Assembly (NCBI GenBank): GCA_002011495.1
Contig: MTNR01000001.1
Coordinates: 1 to 56,658, forward strand
From: Dehalococcoides sp. JdFR-56
GTDB lineage: Bacteria > Chloroflexota > Dehalococcoidia > Dehalococcoidales > RBG-16-60-22
Reading direction: 5' to 3'
DNA length: 56,658 nucleotides
The notes under the pieces are model-generated. The model made no database searches. It was not told where the DNA came from and saw only the letters and a list, made by a program, of their open reading frames with translations. A program made the translations under genes and the position numbers. Shown here piece by piece: positions 1 to 11,816 of the stretch. Numbering within the stretch: the stretch's first letter is position 1; each line of letters starts with the position of its first letter.

Positions 1-2129
1 CGAATCGGGGTAAAGGTGCCGGTATAGGTCGCCGGGTTGCTGCGCGGGGTGCGCCCGATGGGAGACTGGTCAATATTGACCACCTTGTCAATATGCTCTA
101 TACCCAGGATGTCATCACAGTCACCCGCCCTCTCCCTTGCGTGGTAGAATACCTGGGCCAGCTTCCGATACAGGATCTCATCAATGAGGGTGCTCTTGCC
201 GCTGCCGGAAACCCCAGTGACACAGACGAACTTGCCCAGAGGAATGCGCACCTCAATGTTCTTGAGATTATTCTGCCGTGCCCCCTTGATGATTATCTCC
301 TCCCCCGAACCGGGACGGCGCTTGGGGGGCACGGGAATCCGTCTCGCCCCACTGAGGTACTGGCCAGTGATTGACTCCTTACAGGCCATAACCTCAGCCA
401 GCGTCCCAGTGGTCACAATCCAGCCCCCGTGTTCCCCGGCGCCGGGGCCCATATCAATGATGTGGTCGGCAGCCCGCATCATGGCCTCATCATGCTCCAC
501 CACCAGTATAGTATTGCCCAGGTCCCGCAGCCGCTTTAAGGTGCCGATGAGCCGAGCATCATCCGCCGGATGCAGCCCCACCGTGGGCTCATCGCAGATG
601 TAGAGCACCCCCATCAGCCCGCTGCCAATCTGGGTGGCCAGGCGAATCCGCTGCGCCTCACCGCCGGAGAGGGTAGCCGAGGGACGGTCAATGGTGAGAT
701 ACTCCAGGCCAACATCTTTGAGAAAGCCCAGGCGGGACTGTATCTCCTTGATAATCTCGCGGGCGATCATCCTCTCGCGCTCGCTGAGGACGCGCTCGCT
801 GATCATGGTTACCCACTCCAGCTCCTGCACCACGGACATGGCGCAGACGTCCATGATATTCTTCCCGCCGATGGTCACCGCCAGAGATTCTGGTTTGAGC
901 CGCTTACCCTGACACACCGGACAGGGCGTGGACATCATGTAGCGCTCAATCTCAGCCCGGGTATTCTCCGACTGCGTATCACGGCTCAGCCGCTCCAGGT
1001 AGGGGATGACTCCCTCATACCCGGTGAAATATTCCCTAACCCGCCCATAGCGGTTACGGTACCTGACCAGTTCCCCCTCCTCCCCATAAAGTATCACCTT
1101 GAGATGGTGCTCGCTCAGCTTCTTAACCGGCGTATCAAGGGAAAAGCCGTAGCGCCGGGCCAGCATCTGGAGCTCCCCCATATGCCAGGAAAGCCACCAG
1201 CCGGGATGAATCGCCCCTTGGGCGATGGATAGCTCCTTATTGGGGATGACCAACTCCGGGTCTATCTCAAGCTTCACCCCCAGGCCAGAACAGGCCGGGC
1301 AGGCACCGTGAGGGCTATTGAAGCTGAAGGTGCGCGGGGTTATTTCCCCCAGGCTGATGCCACAATAGACGCAGGCGAAGTGCTCGGAGAAGAGCAGCTC
1401 CTCACCGTCAACAATGGATACCAGAACCACTCCAGCCCCAAGCTTGAGCGCGGTCTCCACAGAATCAGCCAGCCGATTCTCACTTCCGCTCTGGCCGATG
1501 ACCAGCCGGTCCACCACCACCTCAATGGTGTGCTTCTTGTTCTTATCCAGCTGGAACTCCTCGGAGAGGTCACGAATCTGGCCATCAACCCGCACCCGCA
1601 CGTAGCCTGCCTTGCGCAGGTCATCAAACACCGTCTGATACTCGCCCTTGCGGTCTCGGATGAGCGGGGCCATAATTAAGATACGGCTGCCATCCGGGAG
1701 GTTGCCGATGGCGTCAACGATCTGCTGAACGGTCTGGGTGGTGATCTCGCGCCCGCACTTGGGACAATGAGGATGACCGACGCGGGCAAAAAGCAGCCTC
1801 AGGTAATCATAGACCTCGGTTACCGTGCCCACGGTGGAGCGCGGGTTTCGGCTTGGCCCCTTCTGGTCAATGGAGATGGCCGGACTCAAGCCCTCAATGT
1901 AGTCAACGTCAGGCTTCTCCATCCTGCCCAGAAACTGGCGGGCATAGGCGGAGAGGGACTCCACGTAGCGGCGCTGCCCCTCGGCGTAGATGGTGTCAAA
2001 GGCAAGCGAGCTCTTGCCCGAGCCGGAAACGCCGGTGATGACCACCAGCTTATCCCGCGGGATGGTGACATCTATATTTTTCAGGTTGTGCTCCCTAGCC
2101 CCTTTGACCAGTATCGAGTTCAACGGCAT
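1..2129 (-). CDS. uvrA: Excinuclease ABC subunit A (3' end runs off the window)
   Basis: Hand translation of the minus strand from ATG at 2129: [68 protein letters not shown]. The same frame at the window edge reads [25 protein letters not shown]. Not in the ORF track because it has no stop in the window. Confidence 0.97.
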   Translation of the reverse strand, partial: MPLNSILVKGAREHNLKNIDVTIPRDKLVVITGVSGSGKSSLAFDTIYAEGQRRYVESLSAYARQFLGRMEKPDVDYIEGLSPAISIDQKGPSRNPRSTVGTVTEVYDYLRLLFARVGHPHCPKCGREITTQTVQQIVDAIGNLPDGSRILIMAPLIRDRKGEYQTVFDDLRKAGYVRVRVDGQIRDLSEEFQLDKNKKHTIEVVVDRLVIGQSGSENRLADSVETALKLGAGVVLVSIVDGEELLFSEHFACVYCGISLGEITPRTFSFNSPHGACPACSGLGVKLEIDPELVIPNKELSIAQGAIHPGWWLSWHMGELQMLARRYGFSLDTPVKKLSEHHLKVILYGEEGELVRYRNRYGRVREYFTGYEGVIPYLERLSRDTQSENTRAEIERYMMSTPCPVCQGKRLKPESLAVTIGGKNIMDVCAMSVVQELEWVTMISERVLSERERMIAREIIKEIQSRLGFLKDVGLEYLTIDRPSATLSGGEAQRIRLATQIGSGLMGVLYICDEPTVGLHPADDARLIGTLKRLRDLGNTILVVEHDEAMMRAADHIIDMGPGAGEHGGWIVTTGTLAEVMACKESITGQYLSGARRIPVPPKRRPGSGEEIIIKGARQNNLKNIEVRIPLGKFVCVTGVSGSGKSTLIDEILYRKLAQVFYHARERAGDCDDILGIEHIDKVVNIDQSPIGRTPRSNPATYTGTFTPI

Positions 2130-2265
2130 TCTTTCAACACCTCTCTAACAAAATTTATTGTAACATTTAGCCTCAAGAGACAACAAGGAGACCCCCCAAC
2201 GCCCTTGCCAAGAGGGGGCCAGTAATGCAATAATGCCAGAGGTCTATCTCCATTTTCAGGGGCTT

Positions 2266-4368
2266 ATGGAAATCATCAAGGAAGCTCTGGCCAGGGGCCA
2301 GACGAACTTGAGCGAGCATGAGGCCAAGCAGTTTTGTGCTCGCTTTGGCATTCCGGTATGCCGTGAGGCCGTCGCCCATGACAGTGATTCGGCGGTGGCT
2401 GAAGCGGTGAAGCTCGGCTTTCCTGTCGTCTTGAAAGCGTCCGGGGAAAACCTGCTCCATAAAACAGAGGTGGGCGGCATTTCCTTAAGCCTCGCCACCG
2501 AGGCAGAGGTAAGACAGGAAAGCCACCGCCTGCTCCAGATTCCAGGTAGCCAGGCTCTGCTGGTCCAGGAGATGGTCAAAGGTGAGCGGGAGCTTGCCTG
2601 CGGCCTTATCAGGGATGCTCAGTTCGGCCCCTGCGTTATGTTCGGCCTCGGTGGCGTCATGACCGAGGTATTTCAAGACATCGTCTTCCGGGTGGCTCCC
2701 TTAAGCTCCTGGGACGCCCAAGAAATGATAAAGGAGATTCGACACCAGAAGATTTTGGAACCCTTCCGCGGCGAAGCTGGCGTTGACCTGGAGATATTGT
2801 CACAAATCCTGGTAACCCTGGGGGAGATTGGGCTTAAATACCAGGAGGTGCAGTCAATTGACATCAACCCGCTCAAAATCCGCCCTGATGGCCAGCCGGT
2901 GGCGGTGGACGCCCTGGTTAGCCTCAGGCCCCAGCCCGAACCTCCGCCAAAGCCAGCCGAGGAACCTCCCAAAACCGGAGATTTAACCAAGTTCTTTACT
3001 CCCGAGAGCGTGTCCGTAATCGGGGCTTCAGCCACCCCGGGCAAAGCGGGATATATCGTCCTGCGCAATATCCTAGCCAATGGCTACAAGGGCAAAATCT
3101 ACCCGGTCAACCCCAAGGGCGGCGAGATTCTGGGCCTAAAGACCTACCCATCAATCACTAGTCTCCCTCAAGGCGTTGACCTAGCCATCATCGTCATCCC
3201 CGCTAGGTCTACCATCCAGGCGGTGAGAGAATGCGCCGCCAAAGGTATTAAGGCCGCCGTCCTCTCCGCCGGCGGCTTCTCTGAAGTAGACCAGGATGGA
3301 GAAGCCCTCCAGCGGGAGCTAAGCCAAACCATCGCCGAGACTGGCATCCGCGTCATCGGCCCCAATACCTCGGGACACACCTCCACACCACATAATTTCA
3401 CCTCCAGCCTTTTCCCTCTGGGCAAGATTCCCCGCGGCAACATATCCTACATCGCCCAGACGGGAAACTTCGCCACCCACACCATGCGCTACATCATCAC
3501 CGCAGAACACTTTGGCGTGGCCCGGGTCATTGGGCTGGGCAACAAAATAGACATTGATGAAAGCGAGGCGCTGGAGTACTACGCCGCTGACCCAGAGACA
3601 AAGGCCATCTTCATGTATTTGGAAAGCATCAAGCGCCCAAGGCGCTTTACTCAGGTTGCCCGCGAGGTAACCCGAACTAAGCCAGTCTTCCTGCTCATGG
3701 GAGGCACCACCCGGGAGGGAGCCCAGGCCGCGGTCACCCACACCGCCGCCATGGCTTCAGACGAGCGCCTCATTGATGGTGCCTTAAACCAGGCCGGCAT
3801 CACCCGCCTCTATAAGTACTCGCACCTCTTCCTGGTGGCCAAGGCCCTGGCCAGCATGCCCCTGCCCAGGGGAAACCGAGTGAGCTTCCTCGCCCCCTCA
3901 GGGGCGATACTGGTCATCCTGGCTGACCTTTGCCACCAGCGCTGGGGCCTGGACGTTCCCCAGCTTGAGGAGAGAACTCGGCAACGTTTGCAGGAGATAA
4001 GCCCGGCTTACATCCGCATGCGCAACCCGGTGGATATCTGGCCCTCAGCTCTGGAACACGGCATCGAGTTCAGCTATGGAGAGGCCATCGAGGCGCTGAT
4101 GCGCGACCCCAATATTGACGCCGTGGTGCCCATCCTCATGCTCGCCGATGAGGTCGGGGTGCCACCGCTGGACTTTCTGGTTAAGTTAGCCCAAAAATAC
4201 CCGGAGAAGCCGCTTTATGTCACCTTCAGCGCTGAGAAGAAGCACATGGAAGCGGCCAAGGCTTTCCTCGAGCCCAGGGGCGTGCCCACCTTCCCCTTGA
4301 TCGAGCAGCCCTTTGAGGTGCTCTCGATCTTAAACCGGTGCCGGAAGGCCATGGAGCGCCCTCGGTAG
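2266..4368 (+). CDS. ADP-forming acyl-CoA synthetase (acetate--CoA ligase family), beta-alpha fusion
   Basis: N-terminal ATP-grasp/beta part (LSEHEAKQF, HKTEVGG, FGPCVMFGLGG, DINPL) followed by CoA-binding alpha part (VIGASATPGKAG, IGPNT, HTAAMA phospho-His). Start could also be 2233. Confidence 0.88.
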   Translation: MEIIKEALARGQTNLSEHEAKQFCARFGIPVCREAVAHDSDSAVAEAVKLGFPVVLKASGENLLHKTEVGGISLSLATEAEVRQESHRLLQIPGSQALLVQEMVKGERELACGLIRDAQFGPCVMFGLGGVMTEVFQDIVFRVAPLSSWDAQEMIKEIRHQKILEPFRGEAGVDLEILSQILVTLGEIGLKYQEVQSIDINPLKIRPDGQPVAVDALVSLRPQPEPPPKPAEEPPKTGDLTKFFTPESVSVIGASATPGKAGYIVLRNILANGYKGKIYPVNPKGGEILGLKTYPSITSLPQGVDLAIIVIPARSTIQAVRECAAKGIKAAVLSAGGFSEVDQDGEALQRELSQTIAETGIRVIGPNTSGHTSTPHNFTSSLFPLGKIPRGNISYIAQTGNFATHTMRYIITAEHFGVARVIGLGNKIDIDESEALEYYAADPETKAIFMYLESIKRPRRFTQVAREVTRTKPVFLLMGGTTREGAQAAVTHTAAMASDERLIDGALNQAGITRLYKYSHLFLVAKALASMPLPRGNRVSFLAPSGAILVILADLCHQRWGLDVPQLEERTRQRLQEISPAYIRMRNPVDIWPSALEHGIEFSYGEAIEALMRDPNIDAVVPILMLADEVGVPPLDFLVKLAQKYPEKPLYVTFSAEKKHMEAAKAFLEPRGVPTFPLIEQPFEVLSILNRCRKAMERPR

Positions 4369-4376
4369 GTGATGTT

Positions 4377-5651
4377 ATGTCAAATAACCCGTATCAGAAG
4401 ACCATCCTGGATAATGGGCTGCGCCTGATCACCGCCACCATGCCCTACACCCGCTCGGTGGCCATCAGCTTCTTCATCGGTGCCGGCTCCAGATACGAGA
4501 CCGAGGCCGAAGCTGGCATCTCCCACTTCATTGAGCACCTGTGCTTCCGGGGCACGTCAAAGCGCCCCACCGCCAAAGATATCTCCACGGCGATAGAGGG
4601 CGTGGGTGGCATCCTCAACGGGGGCACGGACAAAGAGCTGACCCTCTACTGGTGCAAGGTGGCGCAGCCCTACTTTCAGACCGCGCTCGATGTGCTGGTT
4701 GATATGCTGCTTGACTCCAGATTTGACCCAGCCGATATGGAAAAGGAGCGCCAGATCATCATTGAAGAGATCAATATGAGCAATGACACCCCTTCCCAGC
4801 GGGTGGGACTGCTCATCGATGAGCTGCTCTGGCCAGGCCATCCCCTGGGGCGCGATATCGCCGGCAGCAAGCAGTCGGTGAGCTCCATCACCAGAGAGAT
4901 GCTGCTCGGTTACCTCGCCAGCCACTACCGCCCCGACAATACCGTGCTGGCCATCGCCGGGGACATTGAGCATGAGGAGGTGACGGACGCGGTAAATCAG
5001 GCCCTGGGCAAATGGGCCGGCCAACAGCCCCGCCCCGGCTATCTGGCCTATGAGGAGAAACAAGCTAAGCGGCTGCGGGTGGAAACCCGGGAAACGGAGC
5101 AGGTTCAGCTGTGCCTGGCGCTGCCTGGACTATCCCTCCTCCACCCCAAACGCTTCGCCCTTGACCTGCTCAACGTCATCCTCGGCGAGGGGATGAGCAG
5201 CCGCCTGTTTACCCAGATTCGGGACAAGCTCGGCCTTGCCTACAGCATCAATAGCTACGTTGACCACTTCCTTGACACCGGCTCGCTCATCATCTCCGCC
5301 GGAGTGGAGCCGAAAAACCTGCCCGTGGCCATTGAGGCTATCCTGGAGGAGCTGGGCAAACTCAAGGAACTCGTCCCCGAAGCTGAATTGGAGAAGGCCA
5401 AGGAATTCGCCAAAGGCCGCCTGCTGCTGCGCATGGAAGATACGCGCAATGTGACTGGCTGGATGGGTGGTCAAGAGATTTTGACCCAGCACATCCTCAG
5501 CGTGGACGAGGTGGTGGCCATCTTTGAGGCAATCACCACCGAAGAGCTGCAAGAGCTGGCGCGGGAGCTACTGGTGGGCGAACGGCTCCGCCTGGCGGTG
5601 GTGGGGCCAGTTCCACAGGATGAACCCCTGGAAGAACTGCTAAAGTTATGA
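4377..5651 (+). CDS. M16 (pitrilysin-family) zinc peptidase
   Basis: Inverted zinc motif HFIEH, GAGSRYE, and GEGMSSRLF...IRDKLGLAY. Confidence 0.92.
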   Translation: MSNNPYQKTILDNGLRLITATMPYTRSVAISFFIGAGSRYETEAEAGISHFIEHLCFRGTSKRPTAKDISTAIEGVGGILNGGTDKELTLYWCKVAQPYFQTALDVLVDMLLDSRFDPADMEKERQIIIEEINMSNDTPSQRVGLLIDELLWPGHPLGRDIAGSKQSVSSITREMLLGYLASHYRPDNTVLAIAGDIEHEEVTDAVNQALGKWAGQQPRPGYLAYEEKQAKRLRVETRETEQVQLCLALPGLSLLHPKRFALDLLNVILGEGMSSRLFTQIRDKLGLAYSINSYVDHFLDTGSLIISAGVEPKNLPVAIEAILEELGKLKELVPEAELEKAKEFAKGRLLLRMEDTRNVTGWMGGQEILTQHILSVDEVVAIFEAITTEELQELARELLVGERLRLAVVGPVPQDEPLEELLKL

Positions 5652-5674
5652 GGTAGCACCACCAATGGCAAATA

Positions 5675-5708
5675 AAAATAGCCGCGGAGCCAAGTCCGCG
5701 GCTATTTT
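5675..5708. terminator. Bidirectional intrinsic terminator between the convergent peptidase and groEL genes
   Basis: Perfect 14-bp inverted repeat AAAATAGCCGCGGA-gccaag-TCCGCGGCTATTTT with A/T tracts at both ends. Confidence 0.85.
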
Positions 5709-5731
5709 GGACGTTTGCAATAAGGAGAGAA

Positions 5732-7369
<1,638 letters not shown>

Positions 7370-7372
7370 TCA

Positions 7373-7669
7373 CTACTTCGCTTTCTTTGCCAGGATATCA
7401 CTCTCCCGCAGGATTATCAGCTCCTCATCATCGACCTTGATCTCGGTGCCACCATATTTAGCGTAAATCACAATGTCACCCACCTTGACATCCATGGCTA
7501 TCCGCTTGCCATCCTCAGTCAGCCTGCCCGGGCCAACCGCGACCACCTCTCCCTCCTGAGGTTTCTCCTTGGCGGTATCCGGCAGGTAAATCCCCGCCTT
7601 CGTTTTCTCCTCCGCCTCAATGGGCTTGACCACCAGTCGGTCAGCTAGCGGCTGCAACTTGACTGCCAT
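7373..7669 (-). CDS. groS: Co-chaperonin GroES
   Basis: [39 protein letters not shown]; directly upstream of groEL. Confidence 0.99.
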   Translation of the reverse strand: MAVKLQPLADRLVVKPIEAEEKTKAGIYLPDTAKEKPQEGEVVAVGPGRLTEDGKRIAMDVKVGDIVIYAKYGGTEIKVDDEELIILRESDILAKKAK

Positions 7670-7712
7670 TTCCGTCCTCCTTCTGCAAATAGATTAGCTT
7701 ACCCTCCAATTT

Positions 7713-7739
7713 TTAGCACTCTAACTCTTAGACTGCTAA
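7713..7739. promoter_or_regulatory. CIRCE element (HrcA operator) upstream of groES
   Basis: TTAGCACTC-N9-GACTGCTAA, one mismatch to the consensus TTAGCACTC-N9-GAGTGCTAA. Confidence 0.93.
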
Positions 7740-7948
7740 AAACATAATAACTCAGATGAGCTTTCGTTCGCAACTCAATGAACACAGGTTTACGGCTAGT
7801 GAGAAGCACTGAAGCGAACTAGAAAGCCAAATTCTCCCTGATTCTTCTTCAAATTTACGCTTTCTCCTGATTTATCCTTGGGGAGAACTGGGAACAGGCC
7901 TTGGCTGAGGCGGCTATCATGCCTCACCCGGCCGGGTGCAGGGTAAAG

Positions 7949-8659
7949 CTAGCTTGGGCGGGAAGCCAGGTGCTCCGCAAGCTCAGCCAGGCTTTGAATC
8001 CGCGGGCAATCGGTGATTTCGGCGAAGTAGTTATCGCGGTCAAGCAGTATCCCCTTCATCCCCGCCTGCTCCGCCCCGACGACGTCAATCTGATACTGGT
8101 CACCAACGTACACCGCCTCGGAAGCCCCGACCTCAGCACGCCTGGCCGCCTCCTGGAATATCTCCGGCTGCGGCTTGGTACCGCCGACATCCTGCGAGGT
8201 CACCACCACCTGAAGTAGGGGCAGCAGCCCCAGGCCACTGAGCAGAGGGGTTAAATCGCGGTCGGCATTGGAGATGAGCCCCAAGGTCAGCCCTCGGCCT
8301 TGGAGGGAAGTTAAAGCTGGCATGACGTCATCAAAGAGCACCAGCTTCATATCAGCCTGCTCCATCTTGCCCAGTAGCCCGAGGATGATCCGCTCATCAG
8401 CCTCTATCCCTGCCTCCTTGAGCATTATCCTCTCGTACTGGGCCCAGACGGCCATCTGTTCCTCCCTCGGCCGCTGGCTCAGTGAAGCGCGGGCGATCTC
8501 TTGATAGATGAATTCGTCGGCCACCAGCAGCGGCCGGCGCAGGCTCTCTGGACTCACCTCAAAGCCAAACTCCCGCAGGGCCCTCGCCTGAAGCTCCTCG
8601 CGGGGAGGCTCATAGCGCACCAGGGTTTGGTAAAGGTCAAAGAAGACAGCTTTGATCAT
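7949..8659 (-). CDS. HAD-IA family hydrolase
   Basis: MIKAVFFDLYQTL (motif I), LISN, KPQPEIF, YVGDQYQIDVVGA. Start moved to ATG 8659 behind an AGGAAG SD. Confidence 0.88.
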   Translation of the reverse strand: MIKAVFFDLYQTLVRYEPPREELQARALREFGFEVSPESLRRPLLVADEFIYQEIARASLSQRPREEQMAVWAQYERIMLKEAGIEADERIILGLLGKMEQADMKLVLFDDVMPALTSLQGRGLTLGLISNADRDLTPLLSGLGLLPLLQVVVTSQDVGGTKPQPEIFQEAARRAEVGASEAVYVGDQYQIDVVGAEQAGMKGILLDRDNYFAEITDCPRIQSLAELAEHLASRPS

Positions 8660-8806
8660 GATAGCTTCCTTATAGCCAAAACAATACCATTGTAGCCGAA
8701 GCGGTGCTGGCTGTAAAGGAAGGCCCTCTTCCGCCTGGGCCAAGTAAACAAACCCCTTGGCAAAAGTGTATACTTAAGGATAGACGACCTTTAAAGGAGT
8801 CGGGAA

Positions 8807-9319
8807 ATGCCCGCTGTGCTATCAAGGCCTGATATTGAGCGCCTGCTCCAGCAGGAACCACCGCTGATTGAAGGCTGGAGCGACCTTGAGCAGCAGCTGC
8901 AGCCCAATGGCTTTGACCTCACCCTGCGCGAGGTGGCGCTGCTCCAGTCAGCGGGCAGGATAGCGGTGGCAAACAGCCAGCGCCAGCTAGCTCAGCCGGC
9001 GCCTCTGGCCTTTGATGGGCTGGGATTCATTGACCTCATGCCCGGCGCCTATCTCATCACCTACAATGAGATAGTGCATCTACCCAAGAACATCATGGCA
9101 TTGGCCACGCCGCGGTCGAGCTTGCTGCGCTGCGGGGTCATGGTGAACACCGCGGTCTGGGATGCTGGCTACTCCGGCCGCTCCCAATCACTCCTAGTGG
9201 TCTATAACCCCCACGGGTTCCGCCTAGAGCGAAATGCCAGAATCGTGCAGCTGGTTTTCCTGCGCTTAAGCCAGGAAACAGAGGGATACCAGGGAACTTA
9301 CCAGGGAGAGAATATCTAG
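8807..9319 (+). CDS. dUTPase / dCTP deaminase family protein
   Basis: QLQPNGFDL, PRSSLLR, AVWDAGYSG, RIVQLVF, YQGTYQ. Confidence 0.85.
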   Translation: MPAVLSRPDIERLLQQEPPLIEGWSDLEQQLQPNGFDLTLREVALLQSAGRIAVANSQRQLAQPAPLAFDGLGFIDLMPGAYLITYNEIVHLPKNIMALATPRSSLLRCGVMVNTAVWDAGYSGRSQSLLVVYNPHGFRLERNARIVQLVFLRLSQETEGYQGTYQGENI

Positions 9320-10887
9320 CTTTCCGCCTTGCGGCGGGTAATCTCGTCCAGAGTATGACGGATGACCTCATCCTCAGGGAGCGAGGTATCAACGATGATA
9401 TGAGCGGCATCTGCTACCTCAGTTACCGGGTCAAAATGCCCGCGCTGTGACTGGTATATCTCCCAGCGCCCGTCGGAGACCGAGCCCTGCTGCCACCGCT
9501 GCGCCAGATACCGTTTGACATTTTCCTCATCCAAAACGCACTCCAGGATGATGAAATCGGCGTTCATCTCCTCGGCCAGACTCTTCGCCCGCAGGCGCTC
9601 GGCGCGCTTGATAAAGGAAGCATCCAGTATTACTGAGCCACCCTGGCCCAAGGTATCCTTGGCCTCCTCAAATAGCTTGTCATAGGTCCTGCGGGTAAAC
9701 TCGGCCGAGTAAATCCCGCGGTCAAACTCCTCAAGGCGATGCTCGGTCAGAGGGATACCGGCCAGGCGCTTACGGGTGACATCGGAGGAGATAACCACCA
9801 GCCCCAGCCTCTTGGCCAGAGCTTGTGACAACGTGGTCTTGCCGGTGCCCACCAGACCCACGGTGATGAAGAGGACTGGCCGCGACCAGGTGTAGGCATG
9901 GGCTAAATCAAAGTAGCTAGCGGCGATATCCTCGGTCCGCCGTTTCTCCTCCGGGGTGATATAGGGGTCATCCAGTTTAAGACTCTCCACCTTCCCCCGC
10001 ACGTAAGCCCGGTAGCACTTATAGAAATTGAGCAGCCTCATCAGCTCCTCATCTTGGCTTCGGGCCACATAGGACTTAACGAAGTGGCGTGATAGGTCAG
10101 CCCGCCCGTAGTGGTCCAAATCCATGGCCAGAAAGGCGACTTCCGAGGCGACATCGCCGTAGCGGAAGCGGTCATTGAACTCAATGCAGTCATAGATGCA
10201 GATGTCATCGCAGAAGCAGATATGGGCGGCGTGAAGGTCACCATGGCAATCCCGTATTCGGCCCTCGGCAACCCGGCGGCGAAATAGGTCCGTATTTTGG
10301 GCAATAAAGGAGTTGGTATAATCCCTGATGTGCTGATACCTTTCCTGGGAAATGGTTCTACCGATATATTTCTCGGTCTGGCTGAAGTTTTCCTCAGTAT
10401 TTCCGGTGATGGTACCCAGGTCACCAAAGGCGCTGATGGCAGGGCCGGTCTGCGCGCTGCGGTGGAATTCAGCCAGTTTCTCCGCCACCCTGGTCAGCAT
10501 CTGCGGAGATACCCTATCTTGAGCCAGCAAAACATTCATCATCGCCTGCTGGGGGAGGCGCCGCATCTTCACCGCATACTCCAGGGCCTCACCCTGCCCT
10601 TCCAGAGAAATATGGCCCTTCTCGTTGACTACAGACACCACACCCAGATAGGCATCAGAGCAGAGCCGTTGGTTGAGCTCAACCTCCCGCTGGCAGTAAA
10701 ACCGCCGCTTCTCCAAAGTGGTGTAATCCAGATAGCCCAGGTCAACCGGCTTCTTCACCTTATAGACATAGTCATCGGCCAGGAAGATGAAGGACATCTG
10801 GGTCTGCACCAGCTCCACACTGCGGGGGTGATGGGGATAGGCGCTGGGCTCAAGCAGCGCCTGAATTAGCTCCGGCAGCTCTGACAT
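9316..10887 (-). CDS. Aminoglycoside-phosphotransferase-like kinase / AAA (gluconate kinase-like) fusion
   Basis: RDCHGDLH and DCIEFNDRFRYGDV in the N-terminal kinase-like domain; P-loop GLVGTGKT in the C-terminal domain. Confidence 0.85.
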   Translation of the reverse strand: MSELPELIQALLEPSAYPHHPRSVELVQTQMSFIFLADDYVYKVKKPVDLGYLDYTTLEKRRFYCQREVELNQRLCSDAYLGVVSVVNEKGHISLEGQGEALEYAVKMRRLPQQAMMNVLLAQDRVSPQMLTRVAEKLAEFHRSAQTGPAISAFGDLGTITGNTEENFSQTEKYIGRTISQERYQHIRDYTNSFIAQNTDLFRRRVAEGRIRDCHGDLHAAHICFCDDICIYDCIEFNDRFRYGDVASEVAFLAMDLDHYGRADLSRHFVKSYVARSQDEELMRLLNFYKCYRAYVRGKVESLKLDDPYITPEEKRRTEDIAASYFDLAHAYTWSRPVLFITVGLVGTGKTTLSQALAKRLGLVVISSDVTRKRLAGIPLTEHRLEEFDRGIYSAEFTRRTYDKLFEEAKDTLGQGGSVILDASFIKRAERLRAKSLAEEMNADFIILECVLDEENVKRYLAQRWQQGSVSDGRWEIYQSQRGHFDPVTEVADAAHIIVDTSLPEDEVIRHTLDEITRRKAES

Positions 10888-10928
10888 CGGCCTTCATACC
10901 CCTCTTTTTCTGGCTCAGGAAAATCGCT

Positions 10929-11453
10929 CTAGCTAGCTATGGTGGCCAGCCAATCTCTTAAGTCATCCCGTACCTGTTCGCGATTGGCTCTGGTGACTTC
11001 AACCAGCTTTACCTGGGGCAGGCGCTTGATGGCATCCGCCCAGGGGTTGGGGGCGAGCATGATGGTTCCCAGAACCCGCTTGCCGCTGTTGGCTATGGCC
11101 AGGACGCTCTCCCGGAAAGCGGCGGAGAAGAGCTCCATCTTGCCGATTTCATCAACGATGACCAGACAAGACCGAGCAGCGGCCCGGCGCAGCGCCGCCA
11201 CGCCGACGCGTTCCAAGCCCTCAATATCAACTCCGTATTTGCCCACGCGATATGGGCTGTGAATATTGACATGCGCCAGCACCACCTCCTCGCCATCCAG
11301 GGTAACCAGCTTGAAGCCGAGCCTGGTGCCTTTATCACGTATCTCCTCGGTGTAAAAGCCGCCCGCATCAACCTCAAGCTCGGCCACCGCCTGCTTGATC
11401 AGACTGGTCTTGCCGGTTCCCGGCCGGCCGGTGAGCAAATAAACTGGCTTCAT
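10929..11453 (-). CDS. THEP1-family nucleoside triphosphatase
   Basis: TGRPGTGKT, GGFYTEEIR, RVGKYGVD, VDEIGKME. Confidence 0.9.
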   Translation of the reverse strand: MKPVYLLTGRPGTGKTSLIKQAVAELEVDAGGFYTEEIRDKGTRLGFKLVTLDGEEVVLAHVNIHSPYRVGKYGVDIEGLERVGVAALRRAAARSCLVIVDEIGKMELFSAAFRESVLAIANSGKRVLGTIMLAPNPWADAIKRLPQVKLVEVTRANREQVRDDLRDWLATIAS

Positions 11454-11469
11454 GCTAAGCTCCGGCCAG

Positions 11470-11568
11470 CTATTTCTGGGCCTGCTGCCGCTCCGCCTTC
11501 CTTCTCTCCTTCAGCTTCTTACGCTTGCGCCGATGTTTCAGGATAGCTACCCTTCTCGTCTTATTCAT
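11470..11568 (-). CDS. Small Lys/Arg-rich protein (32 aa), hypothetical
   Basis: Hand-translated MNKTRRVAILKHRRKRKKLKERRKAERQQAQK*. It fills the gap between two co-oriented genes and is below the ORF-track cutoff. Confidence 0.6.
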   Translation of the reverse strand: MNKTRRVAILKHRRKRKKLKERRKAERQQAQK

Positions 11569-11595
11569 AGCTTATAAACTAATCCAAATCTTTTT

Positions 11596-11799
11596 TCAGC
11601 CACTCCTAGAGCCGAAGACCTGCACAAAGCGGGCAAAGGAGCGGTCATAGGTCTTCTCCACCTCGGGAGGGAAAACGCAACCAGGAAGCTCATCATACTT
11701 CAAATGATAGGCAAGACACTCGCAGCACTTGCCCTTTCGGGAACAGGGCTCATAGGTGCAGGTGCACTTGAGCATGTTGGCGTCAAGCTGGCATTCCAT
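11596..11799 (-). CDS. Small Cys-rich protein (DUF6485-like)
   Basis: CTCTYEPCSRKGKCCECLAYH...LPGCVF...EKTYDRS; GAGGAGG SD before ATG 11799. Confidence 0.75.
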   Translation of the reverse strand: MECQLDANMLKCTCTYEPCSRKGKCCECLAYHLKYDELPGCVFPPEVEKTYDRSFARFVQVFGSRSG

Positions 11800-11816
11800 A
11801 TATTGTAGCCTCCTCA

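Noticed and set aside
93-2225. Several plus-strand ORFs in the track (and similar long antisense ORFs such as 50706-51911 and 31193-32077)
   Set aside because: These are shadow frames opposite well-supported genes (uvrA, ftsY, amidinotransferase) in GC-rich DNA, with no recognisable motifs.
2130-2232. LexA (SOS) box upstream of uvrA
   Set aside because: I found no GAAC-N4-GTTC-like palindrome.
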